From contig CAVTET010000001.1 of the NCBI GenBank assembly GCA_963733675.1, positions 736,001 through 800,000 on the forward strand: 64,000 nucleotides of DNA. Reading direction: 5' to 3'. The notes under the pieces were generated by a model. It saw only the letters and a program-made list of their open reading frames with translations, did not search any database and was not told the origin of the DNA. The stretch is from an uncultured Methanosarcinaceae archaeon. GTDB lineage: Archaea > Halobacteriota > Methanosarcinia > Methanosarcinales > Methanosarcinaceae. This document shows positions 56,427 through 64,000 of the stretch, piece after piece. The translations under genes were made by a program, and so were the position numbers. Each line of letters starts with the position of its first letter. Positions within the stretch are counted from its first letter, which is position 1.

Positions 56427-57126
56427 GCTGGCTATTTCCTGAACATTAGTGATATTAAAGTCTGGGTTACACAAGTGCCATACTAAGATTAAAATTTGAA
56501 TGATGCTTAGTAAATCGAATGATACTAAAGTCTGAATGAGATAAAATAACTTTATACACCAAAGCTGTAGATATATTGATCTTTACAAGAAAGTGGAACA
56601 AAGGATAAGCTTATCTAATAAATGTAAGGTATAAGGACAATATATTCTTGGAATATACTATTCCCAGACATGTGCTTATAAATAGTTAATCATTCAAATA
56701 GTTAATTATTCAATGAACTCCTATGAAAGCAGAACTGTTGTCTTGACATAGCCATAAGACACTAAGGTATTTTTTGGCCATGAATGCTGGACAGAAAATT
56801 CGAGGTTTTTCAATCACACAATAAAAAGTCAAGATGGAATGAAATTTCTCAAAGCAAAGGTATTCAAATAAAAATAGTGCCTAATATACATAAACTAGTA
56901 GCGTATACTAAGCAAGCAAGAGTTTAGATATATATACTGGTTTATTAATTTGTATGTCTGGCTATTAGTTCGTGAGGACTTCTAAAAAAAAGAGTTTAAT
57001 TCTCGTATTTTTAGAACAATTAGAGAGTCCTTCGCTCAAGGTTTTCAGCAACTCACGGACATAACTCAATTTTTTATAATTGAACATAAATTGTAACAAA
57101 GAAGACAACTATTTTCGGGATGATCT

Positions 57127-59463
57127 ATGGAAGAAATACAGTTGAAGGTTGAAAAAGCATATCCTATCGACCTTGGAAGGGGAATTATCCGACTTGATCC
57201 TACAACTTTACTAAGACTTCAGCTTTCGCCAGGTGATATTGTGGAAATAAGGGGGAAGAAAAAAACTACGGCAAAGGTATGGAGGGCAGATAGGCAGGAT
57301 TGGGAACAGGGACTCGTGAGAATCGATAACTTCATCAGACAAAATGCAGGAGTTTCCATAGGAGAGAAGGTAATTATCAAAAAAGTGGAAGCTTTGGAAG
57401 CAAAAAAGCTCATTTTGGCGCTTCCTGAAAGCATGACACAAGGAAGCCCTGAGCTCCAGTTCGGGGAGCATGCAAATGAGATCATAAAACGGCACATACT
57501 CAAAAGGCCAGTGTTCAGGGGCGACATTATTCCGATAATTAACTCTATGTCTCAGCCAATGACTGAATCCCTGACTACAAGCCAAGTAATTCCTCTGGTT
57601 GCTGTCGAGACTGATCCTTCAAACACAATAGTCATTATCACTGAGTTAACAGCTATTGAACTTCGAAAAAAACCAGTAAAGGGCTACGAAAAAGCAACTA
57701 AGGGCATAACTACTTATGAAGACATCGGAGGTCTTGGCGAGGAGATCATGCGTGTTCGGGAAATGATAGAGCTGCCTATGAAGCACCCGGAACTTTTTGG
57801 TCACTTGAATATAGAACCTCCGAAGGGAGTTATCCTATACGGCCCACCAGGCACTGGAAAAACTCTGATTGCAAAAGCCGTAGCAAATGAATCTGGAGCA
57901 AGTTTTCATTACATCGCAGGTCCAGAAATAGTAGGAAAGTTCTACGGAGAAAGTGAGGAAAGGCTCCGAAAGATCTTCGAAGAGGCAACACAGGATGCAC
58001 CTTCGGTCATTTTCATAGATGAAATTGACTCCATCGCTCCAAAAAGAGAAAATGTAACCGGAGAAGTGGAAAGGCGAGTGGTTGCTCAGCTCCTGACCCT
58101 TCTTGATGGAATGGAAGAAAGAGGTCAAGTTGTGGTTATAGGAGCCACTAATCGTGTGGATGCAATCGACCCTGCGCTCAGAAGACCAGGTCGTTTTGAC
58201 AGAGAAATCCATGTCGGTGTGCCTGATACGAAAGATAGATACGAAATCCTGCAAATTCACACACGTGGCATGCCTATCGAGAGAGTTGATAAACTAGAAA
58301 CCGAAACAGAAATAGAAGTCGAGGCTTATGAGGCTGATGAAGCTTCCCTTGAGAGGGAAAAGAAGGATAAGATAAACAAATACTTGATGTATCTGGCTGA
58401 GCGAACTCAAGGATTTGTAGGTGCGGACCTTCTGGCTCTAGTGCAGGAAGCTGCCATGCGCTGCCTAAGGGAAAATTTGCCTGAACTTGATCTCGAAAAG
58501 GAAACAATCCCCCCGGAAAAACTGGAAAAAATAGTTGTGACCAAGAAAAATTTTGAAGATGCCTTGATGGAAGCTGAACCTTCAGCTCTGAGAGAAATTT
58601 TTGTAGAAATGCCCACCGTAACCTGGGATGATGTTGGAGGGCTGGATGAAGCAAAGCAGTCAATCATTGAGGCTGTAGAGTGGCCCATTAAAAGTCCACA
58701 AAAATTTATCCAGATGGGTATAAAGGCTCCAAGAGGAATCCTGCTTTACGGTCCGCCAGGGACAGGAAAAACACTTCTAGCCCAAGCTGTTGCCAGGGAG
58801 TCAAATGCAAATTTCATAAGTGTTAAAGGGCCAGAGATATTCTCAAAATGGCTTGGGGAATCGGAAAAAGCTATCAGGGAAACTTTCAAAAAAGCGCGAC
58901 AAGTTGTTCCCTGTGTAATTTTCTTCGATGAAATAGATTCAGTTGCTTCCATGTCGGGCGTGGATTCCACAGATAGTCATACTTCAGAGAGAGTGCTGAA
59001 CCAGCTCTTGACAGAAATGGACGGTCTGGAGATTCATAAAGAGGTGGTAGTGATTGCTGCAACCAATCGTCCTAACCTCTTGGATCCTGCAATCATACGT
59101 CCTGGTCGCTTCGACAGATTGGTCTATTTGGGGACTCCTGACCGCAGAGGCAGACTCAAAATTTTTAAGATACACACCAAAAATACACCCCTTAGCAAGG
59201 ATGTGAACCTTGAAAACCTTGCCGACATAACTGAGGGTTATGTGGGGGCTGACATAGAATCAATATGTAGGGAAGCTGTTTTGATTGCTCTCAGAGAGAA
59301 TTTTGGTATAGAAATGATAGAAATGAGACATTTCAGTGAAGCTCTGAAGAAGGTAAAGCCCACTATTACAGAAAATATTGCTCAATTCTACGAAAAAATA
59401 GAAGCACAATTTAAGGGAGGCCAGAAACTAACAGAATCAGGTGCATATGTTGGTTACAGATGA
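57127..59463 (+). CDS. cdc48: CDC48/VAT-family AAA+ ATPase
   Basis: N-domain plus two AAA modules (GPPGTGKT twice, FIDEID/FFDEID, RPGRFD twice). Confidence 0.95.
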   Translation: MEEIQLKVEKAYPIDLGRGIIRLDPTTLLRLQLSPGDIVEIRGKKKTTAKVWRADRQDWEQGLVRIDNFIRQNAGVSIGEKVIIKKVEALEAKKLILALPESMTQGSPELQFGEHANEIIKRHILKRPVFRGDIIPIINSMSQPMTESLTTSQVIPLVAVETDPSNTIVIITELTAIELRKKPVKGYEKATKGITTYEDIGGLGEEIMRVREMIELPMKHPELFGHLNIEPPKGVILYGPPGTGKTLIAKAVANESGASFHYIAGPEIVGKFYGESEERLRKIFEEATQDAPSVIFIDEIDSIAPKRENVTGEVERRVVAQLLTLLDGMEERGQVVVIGATNRVDAIDPALRRPGRFDREIHVGVPDTKDRYEILQIHTRGMPIERVDKLETETEIEVEAYEADEASLEREKKDKINKYLMYLAERTQGFVGADLLALVQEAAMRCLRENLPELDLEKETIPPEKLEKIVVTKKNFEDALMEAEPSALREIFVEMPTVTWDDVGGLDEAKQSIIEAVEWPIKSPQKFIQMGIKAPRGILLYGPPGTGKTLLAQAVARESNANFISVKGPEIFSKWLGESEKAIRETFKKARQVVPCVIFFDEIDSVASMSGVDSTDSHTSERVLNQLLTEMDGLEIHKEVVVIAATNRPNLLDPAIIRPGRFDRLVYLGTPDRRGRLKIFKIHTKNTPLSKDVNLENLADITEGYVGADIESICREAVLIALRENFGIEMIEMRHFSEALKKVKPTITENIAQFYEKIEAQFKGGQKLTESGAYVGYR

Positions 59464-59610
59464 GAAATGAAATGATTAACTTTTTAAAGAATAAGTACTT
59501 GAACAGAAAAGTTTTTAAAGAATATAACTCCAATTGGAGTAAATTATCCAAAGTGAAAAGCCAGGTTTACCCTAACCCGCATAAAATTGAGAATGGAGAC
59601 ACGATATAAA

Positions 59611-59865
59611 ATGTCGACAGTATTTGCAAGGAACCTTCTCTTCAACAAGCAGGTAATGGCTACCGACGGAACGGAGATAGGAACGCTGAGCAACATTATA
59701 ATCGAGAGTAAAGGGGGAAATATCATTGACCTGATGATCACCCCAAATCCAAACTTTGACACTTCAAGGTACAAAAAAGTGGACAACTATATTATTATGT
59801 CTTTCGATTCCGTAAGCGCCATTAAGGACTACATTATAGTGGACAAGATGAAAGCAAGGGCATGA
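59611..59865 (+). CDS. PRC-barrel domain protein
   Basis: KQVMATDGTEIGTLSNI and VSAIKDYIIV. Confidence 0.85.
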   Translation: MSTVFARNLLFNKQVMATDGTEIGTLSNIIIESKGGNIIDLMITPNPNFDTSRYKKVDNYIIMSFDSVSAIKDYIIVDKMKARA

Positions 59866-60136
59866 ATTAAAACATAAGGGAACGGAATAATAGATCTCTT
59901 TCTATTAGAATCTTGTCTTCATTTTTTTAATTTATCTATATTTCAGCCCAAAATAACTCCTTTTTTAACTCCTAAAATGGTAAATTTCCTTCCTCGACGA
60001 GTGCCATTCCTGCAGATGGAAGATTAGACTAGTCGACTTTTCAGCATAACATAAGCTACGTATTCATGTAGGTACAGATAGTAATTATATGGCAAGATAT
60101 ATATATATACTTATATAGTCTTACATGAATAAATAG

Positions 60137-60368
60137 ATGTTTGATGTGATCTTGATCATCAAAATAATTCTATATGTTCATTAAAGCATCACTTTGTGTT
60201 AAGTATAAAGATAGAGAAAATATCTTACATATCAGAAATAGTTGCTACCCTGAAAGCAAAAATCCATCTTTTCAGTGATTAATTCGAGGTGGATGTACTG
60301 AATCTGGAGTGCGATGAAGCTTATTTTGATATGATCTTTGCATCAAAACCAACAATCTGTACCCTAAA
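60137..60368 (+). pseudogene. IS200 tnpA (Y1 transposase) 5' remnant, ending at a MITE
   Basis: NSICSLKHHFV, LKAKIH, FEVDVLNLECDEAYFDMIFASKPT (degenerate HUH region). Confidence 0.6.
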
Positions 60369-60370
60369 GA

Positions 60371-60454
60371 GGATTTAGATAAGACACTGATTTTCACGAG
60401 TCACATATATACAATTTATAAGCATATAACTAAATTCAGGGTTTATTAAAATCC
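60371..60454 (-). mobile_element. ~85-bp MITE, family A, copy 12
   Basis: GGATTTAGATAAG...GATTTTCACGAGTCA...TTTATAAGCATA...GGGTTTATTAAAATCC. Confidence 0.82.
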
Positions 60455-60604
60455 TTTGCAATTAGTATAAGATGTCCACGAAAAAAATTGAAGACATCGG
60501 TTTTCAACTAATATTCCTCCAAAGGAATCATTGTATTACCTTCAATATCGTTTTAATCTTGATACATCGATCGATACATCCATTGCTTTGTTTTCCTCTG
60601 TCAT

Positions 60605-60942
60605 TATCAATTGTTCCAACGCAACTTCCATCAGTTCACAGTTCGCCATCCTATAACTGTTATTTAAATCTTAGCGTATTTTTTAAAGATTTTTCTTGCT
60701 ATGGCACTTTTTAGAATCTACCTTACTCTTTAAAGAGAATATTTTGGGTTTGATGCACTTAGTAATGATGTTGATTATTTACATTTTTTTGGTGCTAAAC
60801 CAAAATTTACTTCTTCAAGAGTTGTGGGCCTCATAAAAAGTGCCATAGCAAGAAAAATCTTTAAAAAATACGCTAAGATTTAAATAACAGTTATAGGATG
60901 GCGAACTGTGAACTGATGGAAGTTGCGTTGGAACAATTGATA
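60605..60942. repeat. Perfect 109-bp inverted repeat (60605-60713 / 60834-60942) with a 120-bp spacer
   Basis: Base-by-base reverse-complement identity. Confidence 0.97.
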
Positions 60943-61034
60943 TAGTACAAATTCTAAGTCGCAAAAACTATGTTGAAAATCATGAAACTAGAAAGAAAAA
61001 AGCATATAATCAAATTAAAAATATTTGCTTCTGA
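60733..61034 (+). pseudogene. Second IS200 tnpA remnant (central and C-terminal part)
   Basis: FGFDALSNDVDYLHFFGAKPKFTSSRVVGLIKSAIARKIFKKY, QL*DGEL*TDGSCVGTI, KNYVENH. Confidence 0.75.
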
Positions 61035-61178
61035 ATAATTCCTTTATATCCATGTGGGGGTGTGAACATATTCAGTCACTTGTAGTTGGGTATTTGATGA
61101 GGTTTAGAACAAATGATGCTCATATATGTTAGGTATACAAGTTGAAAAAACAATGCAAGATGCCATATCTTGCAAATT

Positions 61179-62315
61179 TTATCTTTCTTTATCTCTAAGA
61201 ATCACTATGTTCCCCCGTCCTCTTTTGAACTTCTCAACCAATTTTCTCTTTTCGAGGTCAGCGAGCATGAGGCTAACTTTTCCTTCGGAATATTTCAGCC
61301 TGCTGCGTAGATTTTTCTGAGTAATCCGACCACCTTGGCCTCTAATTATGTCTATAACTTCCTGGAGGTCTGCGGGAAGTGGGAGCTTTTTCTCAGGGGC
61401 AGGAGTTTTAATTTGTGGATTTTCCGCGGTTTCTTCAAGGGAAATTTTCAGATTTTCTTCTTCTACCCAGAATTTCGCTAATTCAGTTTCATTTTCTGGA
61501 AGTTTAGTTTCCTGTACTGGATATTCTTCTTCATTTTCTGCAAGTGTTTTCCTCTCCAGTATTTCGGATTTGAGTTTTGTTACTGGCTCTGTTATGGATT
61601 CAGTTTCGTCAGTATATCCCTGAAAATCCTGCATCACTTCAGGATCAATGATTTTATATGGAACTTTCATCGAAAGCTCTTGAGTATTTATAATTCCGAC
61701 TGTGTCTTCGATTTTGTGCCTTGTTTTTTCTTTATGAGGCGCTATTTTTACCATCTTATGCTTTCTAAAAAATTGATAGCTTCCAACTAGTAGAATTAAA
61801 AGCATAAGAAATATTAGCAGATAATTTACATTTGGAAAGTTAAATCCGTTTTTTTCGGTGATATTCACGCCATTAGAAGTATTTATTTTGGGTAAGGCTG
61901 GTTTTGTCGCTGATTTTCTTTCAATGGAGGTTGAGTTTTTAGAAAATACATCTAATCCAGAGCCAGTCATTAGCTCTTCGGAGTAAACGGGAAGAAGCAG
62001 AAGGTCAAGAACATAATTTCCGTCACCTTTAATTTTGATTATTCCTGTTGCTGAATGAGTGAGGGTGTTGTTCTGGTAATATTTAGCTGTGATATAGTAG
62101 TCCCCAGGCGTAAGTTCAAAGGAATATAGGCCATATTTTGCCACCATAAATTGTAAAGGAGTTGAATTTACTTCGACAACGGCATTTTCCAGGGGTTCGA
62201 AAGTATCCCATCCATAAACTTCACCATGAACTGTAGCGGTGTTGCCTGCTATGGCAGGTGCAACCAATGCGAATACTATAGCAGCAATACAAGCAATAAA
62301 GAACCTTAGATTCAT
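61179..62315 (-). CDS. Membrane-anchored protein: signal peptide, beta-sandwich domain, TM helix, C-terminal winged HTH
   Basis: ATVHGEVY, YSFELTPGDY, TM LLIFLMLLILLVG, GGRITQKNLRSRLKYSEGKVSLMLADLE. Confidence 0.8.
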   Translation of the reverse strand: MNLRFFIACIAAIVFALVAPAIAGNTATVHGEVYGWDTFEPLENAVVEVNSTPLQFMVAKYGLYSFELTPGDYYITAKYYQNNTLTHSATGIIKIKGDGNYVLDLLLLPVYSEELMTGSGLDVFSKNSTSIERKSATKPALPKINTSNGVNITEKNGFNFPNVNYLLIFLMLLILLVGSYQFFRKHKMVKIAPHKEKTRHKIEDTVGIINTQELSMKVPYKIIDPEVMQDFQGYTDETESITEPVTKLKSEILERKTLAENEEEYPVQETKLPENETELAKFWVEEENLKISLEETAENPQIKTPAPEKKLPLPADLQEVIDIIRGQGGRITQKNLRSRLKYSEGKVSLMLADLEKRKLVEKFKRGRGNIVILRDKER

Positions 62316-62456
62316 TTTTATCAGTAAGTCCAAACTGGAATTGGATTTTGTTATCCTTTCATGTAGCAATATATTTGTACACTTTTTTTAGAAAGTCTAT
62401 GACTTTATTTAATAAAACTTCCTTTGTTCTGGCACTTCCAGACCAAACATGTTCTC

Positions 62457-63500
62457 TTAGGTGCGATTATTTACCATCTTGTACCTAGCTTCAACATTAT
62501 AATCTTTTGAATAACGTCTGTATATATAAGGACTCATTCCTTTCTCAAAGAAAGGCTTAGCCCAGTTTTTTTCTTTTATTATTTTACCTGCATTCTCAAT
62601 CTTGTATGTGCCGTTCCCAAAGAGCGACGAATGCCCATTCCCATATGCATAGATAGTAATATTTGAACCGCTGAGCATTACTGTCTGAAGGGAATCTGGG
62701 ATTTTTATGTCAGCAGAAACTATATTGTATACTAACATTTTATCATGCACATCTTTTTTCTCTTCAAACGTGTAGTTTCCCTTTATATCTATTTCGACAT
62801 TTTTAGGTGGATTCAGTATTGTAATATTCCCATTTTCTAGATGCAGGTTAAGGGTAAAATCTCCCACAAAAATCGCTTTTCCATCTCCTGTTGCACCGAA
62901 TCTGAACTTTTTGTTTAGCTCCTCGTTACCAGGCATCATTCGATGGAATTCCTCGAAAATCTCTTTAAATATAATGTTTGCTTTAATCATTATTTTTTGA
63001 GACCTAATCAAATGTTCCCTTTCTATATTTTCGGATGGATACTTCCCTAAATTTGTGTTCATAGATGAGCTGCTGTTTTGTTTATTGAAAGTAATATTTG
63101 CGAGGGCTCTGTCTTTTTTTGCTTTTTCTATAAGGTGATCATATTGCAAAAGTAAGATCTCAAGTCTGTCAACATTCATCCCTTCTTCTTTATGATGTTT
63201 GATCCCTGCCTTAATATGCATTGAAATAATTTCTGCTTTTTCAATATTTCTGTCGAGAATGGATGTTGCATTTTTAAGATTGTGAACTGACTTAAAGCCT
63301 GGACCTTCAGAGAGATCATGAGGATGTACATCTGGCATCTGGCATTCATGATCCAGGAGTCCAGCATAAGGATAAAAGATAATCCTGTAAATATTTTCTG
63401 GAGCATTGTAATTAAGGGGCTGAGGTTCCGTATAAATACAACCTGAAATTGTGATAATGCCTGCAAGTATCAGGAGCAGGGGAAAAAATTTGATTTTCAT
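62457..63500 (-). CDS. Hypothetical secreted protein / lipoprotein
   Basis: 347-aa ORF with a hydrophobic N-terminus and lipobox-like ISGC. Confidence 0.75.
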   Translation of the reverse strand: MKIKFFPLLLILAGIITISGCIYTEPQPLNYNAPENIYRIIFYPYAGLLDHECQMPDVHPHDLSEGPGFKSVHNLKNATSILDRNIEKAEIISMHIKAGIKHHKEEGMNVDRLEILLLQYDHLIEKAKKDRALANITFNKQNSSSSMNTNLGKYPSENIEREHLIRSQKIMIKANIIFKEIFEEFHRMMPGNEELNKKFRFGATGDGKAIFVGDFTLNLHLENGNITILNPPKNVEIDIKGNYTFEEKKDVHDKMLVYNIVSADIKIPDSLQTVMLSGSNITIYAYGNGHSSLFGNGTYKIENAGKIIKEKNWAKPFFEKGMSPYIYRRYSKDYNVEARYKMVNNRT

Positions 63501-63654
63501 AATGGGTCACATCGTATGGAAAGAACCTAATTATGGATTGTATTTTTATATCTGGATTCAAATATTTTGATTTGTTCCAAAATTTGAACGATTATTTCTA
63601 AACAATAAAGTTCCACGAATAATTATGAGGTTTATAATGATTTTCCGGAACATT

Positions 63655-64000
63655 TAGTGAATTCTTTTTTCCTCTGTATTTCTGAGATCTTTTAACATGA
63701 CTTTGTGAAAATAAGGGAGTTATTGGGCTTTTCCCAAAGGCAGTAGGTGATTATCTTTTCACTCCATAATAACCCTTTTTTCTTTATTTCTGGCTTCATT
63801 TTATCTGCTTTACCCTGGTAAATTCGGCTTCGGAGTATGATTCAATAATGTATTTTGAAGTGTTAAGTCCAATTCCAAGTATATCTAAGGTCCCCCTTCG
63901 GAAATCGCCCTCTGATTCAGAAGTTTGAGAATTTTGATTGAGGTAGCATTCGAAAGAATGAGGCAATTTTCCTGAGATCCTCGGAAAGCTGCAGAATTAG
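63655..64000 (-). pseudogene. ArsR-family HTH regulator, frameshifted (5' end outside the window)
   Basis: Fragments LILQLSED, ILSNATSIKILKLL, RVKQIK*S, EKIITYCL in different frames. Confidence 0.55.

Noticed and set aside
56650-56664. NrpR operator between nadE and cdc48
   Set aside because: Spacing is GGAA-N7-TTCC, not the canonical GGAA-N6-TTCC.
58280-58385. Intein or mobile insertion in cdc48
   Set aside because: Only a ~35-aa acidic loop, with no intein terminal motifs.
1-64000. CRISPR array or cas genes
   Set aside because: No regularly spaced direct repeats; the recurring ~85-bp units are dispersed and palindromic.
1-64000. Pyrrolysine (TAG) read-through genes
   Set aside because: The in-frame TAGs I saw fall in frames that also have TAA/TGA stops or frameshifts; no methylamine methyltransferase or pyl genes are present. 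I did not check every TAG.

Overview
Archaeal chromosomal DNA; the proteins are Methanosarcina-like. Housekeeping genes: leuS (3' end), deoxyhypusine synthase, pyrF, cyclophilin, sufC/sufB, an NrpR-family regulator, a U32-family protein, mptE, ileS, an M1 aminopeptidase, tRNA-Pro(GGG), tiaS, nadE and a CDC48 ATPase. They are separated by long AT-rich spacers, and intact CDSs sum to only about 54% of the window. Translated by hand, many spacers are decayed genes or IS elements (IS110, two IS5-group copies, IS1031-like, tnpB, two IS200 tnpA, GT4-cupin, nitroreductase, TPR, ArsR). The structure the ORF track misses: (1) 12 copies of an ~85-bp palindromic MITE whose ends match decayed IS5-group elements in the same window; (2) a second ~143-bp MITE family and a 150-bp IS6-type MITE; (3) two long near-perfect inverted duplications (91 bp and 109 bp); (4) an O-acetyltransferase gene broken only by an A13 tract, a phase-variation candidate; (5) a duplicated GT4/GH130 carbohydrate cluster; (6) a 44-aa basic protein too short for the ORF track. 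No CRISPR array, rRNA or prophage was seen. All family calls come from motif recognition, not database searches.
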